From the NCBI RefSeq assembly GCF_009914755.1, contig NC_060932.1: DNA of 64,000 nucleotides; one strand, given 5' to 3'. A program made the position numbers and the translations under genes. Numbering within the stretch: the stretch's first letter is position 1; each line of letters begins with the position of its first letter. This document shows positions 29,000 through 41,357 of this stretch, in pieces. Below the pieces are notes generated by a model, which had not been told where the DNA came from, did not search any database, and saw nothing but the letters and a program-made list of their open reading frames with translations. The stretch is from the human T2T-CHM13v2.0 reference genome, Homo sapiens.

Positions 29000-29760
29000 A
29001 TATCTACCTCAGTCTCTTCCTGTTCAATCCATATACACATTACCCTTGCCCCAGGGTTATCTTTAGATACATGAGTCTTTTTATGTATTCTGTAAGTAGT
29101 TAATGGATTTAATTCAATGAAATGATATCACCTTCAAAAGAAAATCTAAACTCTTAGACTATTACTAAAGCAGCCTTTGGGAAGACCCTCCAGCATCTCC
29201 CTCTCATTTTCATTTCTCCCTGTCTACCTTCCTTCACGCCCTAATATATAGAAACACATCTCATTCACTTCCCCACTAATGTAAATTGAGCACCACAAAG
29301 AAGTCAGGCACTATGCTAGATACAAGTGTTAAATATGAGTGAACGAGAAAGACTTCATCCTACTCTTGGGGAGCTTCACAGAGGCTAGTGGGGTTGACAG
29401 ATATTAATCAAATAATTATGATGCATGCCGTGGAAAAGTTTAGGTACCATGGACTGTGCATCAGTTTTCCAAGTTGCTTTTTACTATTTTACTCATACCT
29501 GCCCTTTCCATCTGTGAAACCTTCACTCAACCCTCCAATCCTCGTTGATTTACCTCCTTGGGACAATTATTATAACTTGTATGCATTTCTCTTATTCAAA
29601 ATTATCCTAATGAAATGGGTTGCTTGGTTGCTTATATGTTTTCACATGAGCAATTGCTCTATTTTCTCTTCCTTTGCAGATATAGCCCTTGGCGAGGTGC
29701 CTGGCTCCATAGTAAGTGTTCAACAAATGTTTGAATAAAATATTGCATTGTTGAATTTTA
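29000..29760. mobile_element. Cluster of L2 fragments in both orientations
   Basis: Antisense piece attgagcaccac...aggcactatgctagatac at ~29285-29420. Sense 3' end gtgcctggctccatagtaagtgttcaacaaatgtttgaat at ~29695-29740. Confidence 0.6.
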
Positions 29761-30040
29761 AATGTATTTAAGCAAATTGATAACCAACATCTGACCAGAT
29801 TTCCCAAATTTAGATGCAATGTCAGATGCTTCTTTTAATGGTGTCAGAGATTGGCTGACAGGCTTGCCTGTCTTTAAAGTAATTTATTACCCATGTTGGT
29901 TTTTTGGTATAAATGGTTACTGTTTGTCATTGGAGTATGTTTGTATTCATGGTAGAGATTAAATACATATGTATTGCATGAATTAACAAATGGTTATGCT
30001 AGTTGTAGGAAAGATTGATAAGTGAAAGTTTCTAATGCTC

Positions 30041-30294
30041 TTTTTTTGAGATGGAGTCTCACTCTGTCACCCAGGCTGGAGTGCAGTGGTGCTATCTTGG
30101 CCAATTGCAACCTTCGCCTCCTGGGTTCAAGTGATTCTTGTGCCTCAGCCTCCCAAGTAGATAGAAGTACAGGTGTGTGCCACCATGTCCAGCTAATTTT
30201 TGTAGTTTTAGTAGAGACAGGGTTTCGCCATGTTGGCCAGGCTGGTCTCAAACTCCTAATTTCAGGTGATCTGCCCATCTTAGCCTCCCAAAGT
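30041..30294 (-). mobile_element. AluS (Sx/Sz-like), ~30 bp 5'-truncated
   Basis: Antisense Alu; TSD tctaatgctcttt / tctaatgttcttt. Confidence 0.95.
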
Positions 30295-30478
30295 CTAATG
30301 TTCTTTACAGGCCTATGAGTATTTTATGCCAGAATATTGATTTTATTGGAGAACTAAAAATTGATACAATCCATAGCTTGAAAGTAAAAATGTCAAAATA
30401 CTTAAGACCATACACAAATAAGTATTCTAAAATAAGGAATTGATATTTATAAAATATTTTTAAGAAATAAGGACATTT

Positions 30479-30760
<282 letters not shown>

Positions 30761-31373
30761 AAGAAATAAACACATTTACCATTACAGTATTTTTTAGCCC
30801 CCCAATCTTGTTATTATTAATAACAATAATAAAATAATAAGCCCTTGACTTCTTTACTTTGCTGTCCTTTTCATTTATTTTGCATTTCTTCATTTTCCTT
30901 GTGCAGATTTTATACTCTGCTATCCTCAGCCACCCTATCCGTATCATTTCTATGGTATCTCTGACCTCAACTATGTTTAGATTTCTCCGTCTTCCCCTAA
31001 TTACTGGCATCTTCCTTTTTTATGTGCTTCTGCTTTCTCTGATTTTGGGCATTAGATCCTTCCTAATCTGCCCTCTCTAAGGTTAATATCCTGTTCTTCT
31101 TGGTTAGTTAGGATCTCTTCCCATTTAGTTTTAATCTAATATATCCTTCTTCTCGTCTCTCAAACTAGTTTTGCCCATTGCTTCACCTTGGTTCTAATCC
31201 AGGGAAGGACATAAGTCCCTAATGTCTATTTTCTGAGCAGACAAAATAAAATATGCATAAACTGTATCTGAACATTTTAGTCCTCTAATTATTTGTGCTG
31301 TTTCACTGCAACTGAAATGAAAAACTCCAGCCTCTGCACAGGATTAGCATCAGCAGCTTTGCCTCTTAGGCTC

Positions 31374-31785
31374 TATTAAAAGAAAATCTGTAGACAAATT
31401 AAATTCAGCAAAGCTTGCTATTTGAGTAAAGAACAATTCATGAGTTGGGCAGCACACTGAGCCTGTAGAGGTTCAGAGAGCTCTCCCCAGTAGTAGATAG
31501 TATTTATAGACAGAAAGGGAATTGATGAAAAAAACCCAGCTTGATAGGTTAAAGTTTAGCATTTGCTTTTTTTGGGCATGGTGGGACAAGACATTTGCCT
31601 TATATGGACCTAACCTGATCAGTTGGCAGCCTGTGATGGCTGGAGTTTGGCTGCTGTGATTGGCTGAGACTTAGCTATTTGTTGGAGGAATATACTATTA
31701 AGTTAGATTACAGTTTATTTGCATACTAAGTAAGGTTGCAATTTGCTACATATATAGGCAGCTTTAAGACAAATTTAATTTAACA
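31374..31785 (-). mobile_element. ERV1 solo LTR (MER57-like)
   Basis: Minus strand starts tgttaaattaaatttgtcttaaagctgcc (MER57-type start). Perfect 4-bp TSD gctc/gctc, typical of ERV1. Confidence 0.8.
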
Positions 31786-32432
31786 GCTCTATTGCCAAAA
31801 TCACTTCTGAGGAAGTAACTCACTATTTGGTATCTTTGCACCAGGCTATACTGTCAAAAGGTATGGATTTTCAGAGACAGAGTTTGCTGACTGAGTAATG
31901 ACTGAGCTGAAAGTTGGCTTGCATGCACTTTTTCTGTATTTTCTACTTACATTGTTGCATTTCACTTACCTTGCAAGAGCTCACTGCATGTCCCACTGAC
32001 ATTCATTCCTCCCAGGCTATTTTGCACCCCCATTCCCATCAGCATCACTTTACAAAGTGGGTTATTTTACCCAGCCAGTTGTCCATTTAATGTACAGAAG
32101 GGTCTGTATAAAGGGTCTGATCAAATCATTGCACAATGCCCAGGCAATTACACCACCAGGAACAATTACTGCTTTATCGACCGTAAACATTTTTCTGAAG
32201 TTAAAAATAACAAGAAAACCATATTCCAGCAGTTTCTCAAAAGGTATTCAATTTAAAAATTTAATCCAATACTACAAATATTTATTTAGAACCAACTTTT
32301 ACAAGTTCTGAGCCTATAATAGAAAATTGTGAGGGAAAAGGATTATGGTGTATGTATGTTCGGGTGGTGTATGTGTGTAAATTATCATAAGATGCATGGA
32401 AAGTTTTGACATTTCTGGGCCAGGGTTAGGGT

Positions 32433-32488
32433 TAGGTGAGTTAACCATAGGTTAACTATGATTAACTAACCTGTGATTAACTCACCTA
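32433..32488. repeat. Inverted repeat: 22-bp arms, 12-nt spacer
   Basis: taggtgagttaaccataggtta (32433-32454) and taacctgtgattaactcaccta (32467-32488) are 20/22 complementary. Confidence 0.95.
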
Positions 32489-33179
32489 TGGTTAGAGTTG
32501 CCCTCAATTGTAGGCTAAGTTATTCAGGCAACCCTGAAACAGGCTGGGTAGGGAAGAGAAGCCTAACACCACTGGTTTAGATTTGCTGCTTAAGGCTTGG
32601 GACAAGTGTGCCTGAGATCAACCTATGGATAGTCCGAGGTCCAGGGAACAGCCATTCAGAGGCAATTTTTCTTGGCTTTCCCTGGATTTACCTTCCTATT
32701 TAAGTTTTATCATATGTCCAGACCACACTTAGAACTAGAACCAACATTTAAAACCCAGTTTATTTGGCTAGGATTCCAGGTACTCTATTTAACACTTACC
32801 ACCCATCCCTCTCCAGGGCTAGGTCTACAAATTAGATGATTCATTCAGAAAAATGCTATTGCACCTTTCTTATCTTTATAACAGCAACTTGTATTGTGAA
32901 TTTTCATGAGTACTTCACGTAGATTATACCCAGTTCTCACAGGAACATTAGGTATTACAGTTTAAGAAACTGAACAAGGGGAAGAGCTGAAATCCAAACA
33001 CACATCAGTCTTTGACTAAATTTTGGTTATCATAAGTTCCTGAGAACTACTGCTGTCCCCTGCCTACCACACTGGACATCTTTGGTTAGTAGGTCATCCT
33101 TATGCAGTTACTTGAGCTTCAAATTCTGGAGTCTGCCTTGATATTTTCTCTCCCCCCACCTACCCTTATATTCAGTCAT

Positions 33180-33690
33180 TATCAGTCATTGTTCTTAATT
33201 GCAATCAACAGATGCAAACACTTAAGTATCAAATGTGTTCATTATAATATGCTTATTAGAATACAGAATTGACAAGAGTTCTGGGAAGCCAAGTTTGAGG
33301 CTACATCTTCAAGAGATATGCTTAGAAGCATATCACAAGGCTGGCCTTATATGAACATGAGCCTAGTAACTACCATGCAATGAGATGGAGGAATCACCCA
33401 TCACCTTAATGAGGTTAGGCCTGAGCCAAGAACTTGACCTTGCATCATTTTGGTCATCATTGTCTCTGCTGCTGTCACCAAGTATATCCAGACACCACTG
33501 CACAACTCCCAATCCCCCAGCAAAAATATAAACAACTTCTTCCCATTACTCCCATTTGAATACAAGTGTCTCTTGATTTTTGCATTTGATTTCTGGAGCC
33601 TAGGTCATATGTCTGTATCACAACAGCAAAGGAATCTGCTTATTTCAAGTTGAGCTTCTGAACTGGAAAGGTAGAATTCACAGTTTGAAA
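33180..33690 (-). mobile_element. Old MaLR LTR (MLT1L/M/N-like)
   Basis: gttcttaattgcaatcaacaga...cagaattgacaagag...ggagcctaggtcatatgtctg. Confidence 0.5.
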
Positions 33691-34989
33691 ATATATTCAG
33701 GTACCAAATGGCTTTTCGTAAGACACTGGGCAGCCCCATGTATGACCAATATCCACCACAGTTGGCTAGGCCTATAGCTTTATTCCCCCACATACCCTGA
33801 CACTCCCAATATCTTCTGCAGTCAACCAGTTCACAGGGATCTAAAATGCACATCAGGCTCCAAATGTGAATGCTTATAACAGTTTGCTATACTGCAAAAC
33901 TGCAGAAATAGTTGCTGTTGAGTGCTGTTTTTCAAGTGTTTTTGTAAAATGAAGAATTTTTTTAAATATTTGCCTATGAATTTAGTTTGCTTTATTTTTC
34001 TTGTTTTATAATGTTCATTTGAAATCTGTATTGTCCCTGGTCGAGACAGTACTACACTGGTCTGCTTGTGGGTTCCAGAATGAAATAAATAAGTCTGTAA
34101 GAAAATAAGCAACTAAGTAAATTAGTAAGTAAAAACAAGCCATGCATGTATTACCTCAGAACCAGGGCACTAGTAAACTTCACAAAGCCACGTTAATCAG
34201 AGTGCTACACCATTTACAGTGACAAGAGGCCCCTTCTCATTATTATTGGGACAATACTGCCAAATAAGCAAAACACAAATAAAACTGTCCAGTGGAAATT
34301 GGCTAAGAGTAATTAGGGGCAAGTAGTTTTATGTAGACTAAAATACTATAATTAGAAGGGAGGATTTGGAGCACTATTTGAAGGAGAGAAATCAATAGAA
34401 GAGTTGCTTTCTATGCTCCGAAGAGCTTTGCCAGCTATCTTTGTTCAGTGGTAAAATAGAATTATTTTACAGTAGGAAATAAACCTGGGCACTAAGGATC
34501 TCTGTTGGGGAGATACCTGGGACTGCCTTGGATAAGGAGGGGGTGAGCGGATTGTGGCATGACATTGTTTTTCATAACATGTTAATAGCAAAACAAAATA
34601 CCAAAAATAATAATGATGAATAATTTATTCCTGTTTGTTCTCGGTTAACTCTTCTTTAGAACTTTAAATATCAATATCGAACAGTGTTACATTAAAGTAA
34701 AATGTTTATTTATAACAGACAAAACCAGTTCTATACTAAATAATAACTTAATGTCATCTTGAATCTGATTAAGTAGTTATTTTGTTAAGAATGTTCTAAA
34801 CTGATCAATAAGAGGAAAACTTTAAGTATTCTCATATATTACTTTTCTGAAACTGTCATGATATTAATATTATGTACTTATAGTTGTGGTTTGTTCCTCA
34901 AACTATTACTTAATGTGATTTATTTTAAATGTGAATTTTGCCTTTAGACATTCATTTTAAAAAATAGCCTATTCTTTATTATTTTTACT

Positions 34990-35240
34990 TAGAATTTACA
35001 GAATCCTGTGGTACAGAGGGACTTTTCCAGCTCCCAGGGGTGCATAAATTTCCTTTTTCTGTATTACTGGCTAGTTGATGATTGACTTGCCTCTGAATTA
35101 TCCCTACCATGTGGCCAACTAGATACCCTTCAATATGGCCCATTTTATCTTTGGACAGTTCTGATAGTCTCCCATATTGTTAATTCGATTTTTTTTCTCT
35201 TGGCAGCTTCATTTTATTTGTCCTTGTTAGGTCTCTTAAG
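34990..35240 (-). mobile_element. L3/CR1 LINE 3' fragment
   Basis: tagaatttacagaatc...gcccattttatctttggacagttctga (antisense CR1 3' region). Confidence 0.5.
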
Positions 35241-36039
35241 ACTACCTTGTTTTTTATTTTTATTTGTTTTGCAAGGATGGGGTGCACAATCAGTGGTACA
35301 GTATGGTTGTTCCATAACTTTATTAAAAGGCATATAAAGTACTTGATGCTACAGAGTATCTAGAAATATGCGTTGTGCTTATTCATTTGTGACAATAGGT
35401 ATTTTGGCATTTTTAATACATTCATTACATTTGCAATTTAAGAAGCAAATGAATTAAGTTCATGATGACTGAATGGGATGGGAGTTAGAGTTTGTAAGGT
35501 GACCTGGAGAGGTTAATTTCACAGCGTGCAGTAATTGTGAATTTTTAGATGGAAATATATGTGTGTAAACCTGAATCTTACCCCACATTGGAGACGAAGC
35601 TGCAGAGAAAGTTGTTCTTTTGACCTTAAAGCAAGTTAAATTTGGAGAGCTGCCCAATTAAGAAATTTTTATCCACAATATATTTTTAATTTAATTCTTA
35701 CTTTGTGGGGATATTAAAGACTTTTTTTCCCCTCCAATTTGCTATTTCAGTGCTAGTAATATAAATCCATTGCTAAATCCAGAGGAAAAGATTTCCCATG
35801 CTTTGGATTTTACCCGGTTAGTTCTCCAGTTATACTCTTAAGTAATTTAGAACCTCTGAAAAAACTGAGGTTAATAAGGAATAAGAAATTAATAATGGAA
35901 ACTAATAAACAAGAGATATGGAAATTAAAAATACTCAAAAGAAACAAATCCTTGAAAATCCCAACATACAGGGTTCAAATAAAATTAGGATATTTGAAGG
36001 GCCATTTAGGATATTTGTTATGCTTTTGTAATATTCCTG

Positions 36040-36430
36040 AGAGTGTATACCACTTTTGTTCCTATTTTACAAATGAGGAAACTGAATGTCAGACAACTTA
36101 ATAACTTTCCCAAAGCCACACAACTAACAGGAGGTCAAGACTGAATAGTCAGACTAAATCTGGAATTAGGCCGTTTTTAGAAACTATTAATGAAATGGAA
36201 GGGGAACTGAGATCCATCAAATGCAAAAATGAAAACTATATCATAAGTAATCTGCTGGCATTTGATGCTTATTTATTTCTCATTACAATCCTGTGGGTTA
36301 GCTATTGTTATCTTCCTTTTTCACATAATGAAACACACGTTTGGAAAGGTTAAACTATTTCCCCATGTTGGCCATGGGGAACTGATAGTCAGTAGACCTA
36401 GCATTTGAACATTGAGCTCTGGACTGCAAA
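36040..36430 (-). mobile_element. Two MIR fragments
   Basis: ctattttacaaatgaggaaactga...ttcccaaagccacacaactaa; ctcattacaatcctgtgggttagctattgttatc. Confidence 0.7.
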
Positions 36431-36543
36431 TCTTATGTCGTTTTTTTACTCTGCAAAAAATTGTAAACTCTTTTTAGTAAGAAAATACTGTATTTGAATA
36501 ATCTATTTCATAGAAACCCAAGTTAGGTAAGGTGCCAATTGCC

Positions 36544-36557
36544 GCGACCCCTGTTGG
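36544..36557 (-). promoter_or_regulatory. Candidate CTCF site
   Basis: Minus strand CCAACAGGGGTCGC matches core CCACCAGGGGGCGC at 12/14. Four CpGs retained within ~45 bp. Confidence 0.45.
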
Positions 36558-38769
36558 ACCACCCCTAGACGTTTCCAGGACACCTGCGGACTTGAAAGTG
36601 CCCATGCTACCATGCTGCCTAAAGTCATTCTAGTTTTTTGAAACTATAATTACAAATAATTTCCCAGATACAATCATATTAACATATACATACACAGTCC
36701 CTCCCATGTTACTGTCATTGATTCAACATATGTTTATTGAGCACCCTCTATGTCCCGGACTGTTTCGAGGTGCTGGGGAATATAAAGATCAAATTCTGGC
36801 CCTTCATAGAACTTGCATGGTTTTTACTCCCATCGTTTAGCCCACTCCAGTGAGTCATTCACTGTACTGTCTTGGTGATATCTGTAAACTTTCCATCTCC
36901 TACTAGCTTTTAAGCCCCCGTGGTACAGAAAGTGTTTTATTCATTTTTGTGTCTCCCACAGATCACCTGCCACAGCAATATTCCCAGTGCATCTCTTCTT
37001 TTACACTATTTTCAATCACAAGACTATAACATGCAGCTTCGTAAAATTCATCCCTTCACCTAAATAGATTCCAGCTGTGACAATGTTTATAATTTCCCTG
37101 TAGCTTGAAATTTTCATCAAATTTCTACTTTTAGATATGCAAATTTACGATTAATCAATGAGTCACTGAGAAAGTATGAATCATTTTTTGTTCACAGCAC
37201 GTCAAGATATGTTACAAGGTGCAAGACTTAACATTAACTGCCTTTCTAACTTATGAAAAAAACATTTTAACCACCTAAAAAGGGTGTTTTGGTGAGCATT
37301 TGTTAGAGGACTGGGAGTTGTTTCTCTGAGCAGGGTTAATAGAGCTGAGTAATTTTTTACTTATAAAGTCCTCTAAAAATATAAATATTTTTGTCTTTAT
37401 TTGATAGTGTCATAAATGTCTTTGTTCCTCTTTGAAAGCCATTATATAACAAAAGGATCATTTTGAGTAAGAGATTTTTGACTTTAAAGCATATAGTTAT
37501 TTGTTATTGGATATCCCAGGATATCTTTTGAAAGTCTGGAGTTGTTGTCAATGACTCACAGTGACAAAGTGCTTTTGTGTGTCTTTATTTGCATGCCTGA
37601 GGGAATCACTATTTTTAAAAAATAGATTTTTTTTTTTTCACACAGCCCTTTAAAAGAAAGTGTATTGTGGCTACTGAAGAAATTCCCAGAGCAATGTTAA
37701 GAATTACAATTTGCATAATAATAATTTTTCCTTTGCCTCAACTCAGTGAAAGCCACCCTGATTAAAAACAGTTTGCTGGAAGTTGCTAGTTACTAGAAGG
37801 CACTTGAACTAAATGTATTTGGCAAATTTGTAACCCAATTCTGGGATGCAACTCTTTTTTTCCCTAAGGCCCATCTCAGCATAATTCTCCCTTAAAGTAA
37901 AATATAAAATCAACTCTAGACAGCTCTTAGGAGTTTTTACTGGATGCTTTTGGTGTGTGATGGGATTGGGATTAGACACCATACACCACAAAGTAAAACT
38001 TCTGAAGAAATTCTCTTCCAGCTTTATCTGGAGTCAGATCCTTCAAGACAACTCTCCACAGCTCTATTTCCCTGATTTCTCCTCAGTCACTTTTTGAAAA
38101 TTCTAGCTGTAGCTTCAGGACTTTCTCATTCCAAGTTGGCCCCCTTCTCCTACATTCTGAATTATTCTTTTTCTATGGCATGTGATTCATTCTTATATAA
38201 TTTAAGTTAACCTCTTAAGACTTCTAGTGTTTCTCTACATTAAATATCTAAGTCAATACAACGGAATCCTGGGAGCCAAGCTGAGCAAAGGAAGAGTCCT
38301 CCTTAGAAGACAGGGGTAGCTAAAAGCTTATGTCTATTTATACTTTGGGATTTTTATGTTTATTACACTGAGAGCTTAAGGTTTCAGTTTTCTTTTGGTT
38401 AATGGTTCTTTAGAAAAGCCGCACAATTAGGACCTCACAAAATAGCTCTACCTGGGTAAATGTACCACCTTCCTGCGAGAAACCCTCAGCTTTGTAATGA
38501 ATCCTGCATTTTTGTCAGCATACCAAGAGTGCTTCTATCTCATGCGCATCACAAATATACAACCAGGATGTAAAATCACAGTAATAATTTACTTTGGAAA
38601 TTATGACTTTTGAGAGGACAAGACTCTGTGTTTGATATGTCTACTTCATTTCCTCCATGAAGAAGACGTAAGGAGAGAGCCAAATTTTACTCTAGGAAAG
38701 TTATTTGATATATCTAGAATCATACCAAGGGGTCTTAAAAGTTCATTCTTCCATTGTTTCTATCACTGC

Positions 38770-39850
38770 AAATTCAGTACTTAATCTGAGACAAGGACTC
38801 TGCCGGGAACTAGGACTATAATGATGAATATGTCACATCAGCTGCCCCATATCGCATAGTTTAGTGGCAGAAACAGTATTAAATTAAGAACTCAAACTAA
38901 TTCAGAAGGAAGAACAGTGTTCAGTAAGAGTGGATAACTTGTGGCTTTCCAAATATATGGGTTAGGAAAAGCTTTTCCAAGGAAGTGGAAAGTGAGTTTG
39001 TATGTAGTTTGTATGTAGGAATGGAGACAACATAGCTCATGCATAGATCATGGGATTGATCTTATGTACCAGCATAAGAGTTTAAAATTTTGTTTTTGAG
39101 CAAAAGGAATTTATCTTTTTCTAAGAGGACCAATATGGTCAAATTTGTATTTTAAAATGGTAAGTATGCGATATAAAGAGAATGTGGTAGAGGGTGAAGG
39201 AGATTCAGTACCATTAGGAGATGATAGCAGGAAGTGCAGATAGCATGGGATGGTCACTAGGCTTATGAGGATGGAAGTGGAAAGTGAGAAATCTAGATGG
39301 ATTTCTTCATTTATGTGCAGTCAAATCAAGAGCACTTAGTATCTGATTAGAAGTTGGAGGTGAAGAGGTAGTGATAAAGGTGACTCTGAGGTTTTTGGCA
39401 TTAACAGCTAGGTGAATGGTGGTATGAAATATAGAATGATATGGTTTGGATTTGTGTCCCTGCCCAAATTGCATGTTGAATTGGAGGAGGGGCCTAATGG
39501 GAGGTGATTGGATCATGGGGGTGGATTTCCCTGCCTGCTGTTCTCATGATAGTGAGTGAGTTCTTGGGAGATCTGATGGTTTAAAAGTGTGTGGCACTTC
39601 CCCCCTTCACTCTGTCTCTCTCCTGCCACCTTGTGAAGAAGGTGCTTCCTTCCCTTTCATCTTCTGCCATAACTGTAAGTTTCCTGAGGTCTCCCAGTCA
39701 TGCTTCCTGTTAAGTCTGTGTAAATGTGAGTCAATTAAACCTCTTTTCTTCATAAATTACCCAGTCTTGGGTGGTTCTTTATAGCAATGTGAGAACTGAC
39801 TAATACATAGGTAATAACCAGGTTTGAAGGTAGGATATTAAATTCAGTTT
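38770..39850 (-). mobile_element. L2 fragment interrupted by a MaLR LTR
   Basis: aggtgactctgaggtttttggcattaacagctaggtgaatggtggt before the LTR and aaattcagtttt after it. Confidence 0.65.
39437..39807 (+). mobile_element. MSTA/THE1D-like MaLR solo LTR
   Basis: tgatatggtttggatttgtgtccctgcccaaat...caattaaacctcttttcttcataaattacccagtct...gactaataca. Confidence 0.93.
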
Positions 39851-40245
39851 TGTATCAGTTGCAATTGATTTAGGCTGCATAAACTTAAAACAGTAATAGT
39901 TGTTGAAACCATACAAACTCCCCTTCTTTCACATATCAAGAAGATCAAGAGGGTAGTTCCAAGACGATACACTGGTTCAGGCCCTTTTATTCCATGCCTA
40001 TTGCCTCATTGCTACATTGCTACAAAATGGCTACAACAGACATCATGTTATCATTAAAGGCAGAAGGATGGAACAGGAAAGTATTAACATGCTCTCCTCT
40101 TGTTCTTATCCCTTTTATAATAAGCAAATTTTTTACCTCCAAGACTCCAGAAGATTCATTTATAGGTCTACCCAGCCATGGCCTCTCTAAACTGCAAAGG
40201 ATGTGGACTGTTTAGAAAAGGGGAAAGAGATCATCACAATTAGCT
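39851..40245 (-). mobile_element. Old MaLR LTR (MLT1-like)
   Basis: tgtatcagtt...taggctgca...caaaatggctacaacagacatcatg...ccatggcctctctaaactgcaaagg. Confidence 0.5.
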
Positions 40246-40250
40246 TAGAA

Positions 40251-40810
40251 CAGTTGTTCTCAACTCTATTAGACACCAACTCTTTTGATTAGTAATCTGA
40301 AATGAAATTTACAGATGTAATTTACCTACACACATAACCTAACAAGAAAAAATGTTATGCTCTCTTTGTCATAACACAGTAAAATAAAAGAATATGTAAA
40401 CATTTGGGCCAGATTCAAATTGAGGTAATTGGATTCTTGCAAATATATATATAGAATAATAGAGTAAATAGTGTTTGCAGCAATATATGGAATCACAACA
40501 AACACAGCAGCAGTGATGCAGACTGATATATTTTTGCTGTAAGGGCGTCACAAACATAATGAGTCCAGTTACTGTTGCTTTCTCTAAAATACTGGACAAC
40601 TCTTGGTAACATTCCGATTAAGACAATGTATAATGTTTCCTGATTAATATTTTACTTGCAATCCTGCTGCACATTGGAAAGTGGTAGGAAATGCAGAACA
40701 ATTATTTGATAACACACTTATGTCCCTTCACATTGTAGGATGACACTTCTTAGACCTCGCTAACAAATGCCAGTAATATCCCCAATCATTGTGACAAGCA
40801 AATTTCCAGG
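40251..40810. mobile_element. Charlie4-like hAT relic
   Basis: cagttgttctcaactc start; acattgtaggatg...aaatgccagtaatatccccaatcattgtgacaa near the end. Confidence 0.55.
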
Positions 40811-41317
40811 AAAAAAAGGTATAATTTACATACTATACATCAGAATAGAAATGTAAGATCAACTGAAAGCAAAGAAAGATTGATTTCCTTGATTTTGAGT
40901 GGCATCTCATGCATTCCCACTTACTGCCTATAGCTGTTACAGACATTCATTACAAAGTTAAATTAAAGGTTACTCTGTAATAATTTCTCATTATATGCCA
41001 AGCCCTAAAAGAATCTAATGAATTCTGTCTAGGATAACACTAATTGTAAGGTTAAAGTTTCCTGGGGAAATCTTGCCTGGTACCTTAGGCACTGGGGAAA
41101 TGTATGCTAGTGATTTCAAAGTGAATTAAGAAACAAGTTTTTAATCCGTCTTTTCAAGAATTTTAATGAAATACCTAGTTTGTATCTTTAGAATTCTAGA
41201 AAAGTACCTCATCATTTTAGACTGTTTCCTTTTAAATCATTGGCATCTATAGGCTACCATCCTCTTGAACTAGATAGATTTTAACCTTTTTCCTTATTCA
41301 TTCTAATTTAGCTTGTC

Positions 41318-41357
41318 GTATATATATAAATATATATATTTATATATTTATATATAT
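41318..41357. repeat. TA-rich simple repeat
   Basis: tatatatataaatatatatatttatatatttatatatat. Confidence 0.85.

Noticed and set aside
32422-32436. Interstitial telomere or chromosome-fusion site
   Set aside because: Only about 2.5 TTAGGG-type units, too short alone. Kept only as context for the adjacent hairpin.
36359-36382. 9-bp-stem hairpin ttccccatg-ttggc-catggggaa
   Set aside because: Short, inside a MIR fragment and within chance expectation.
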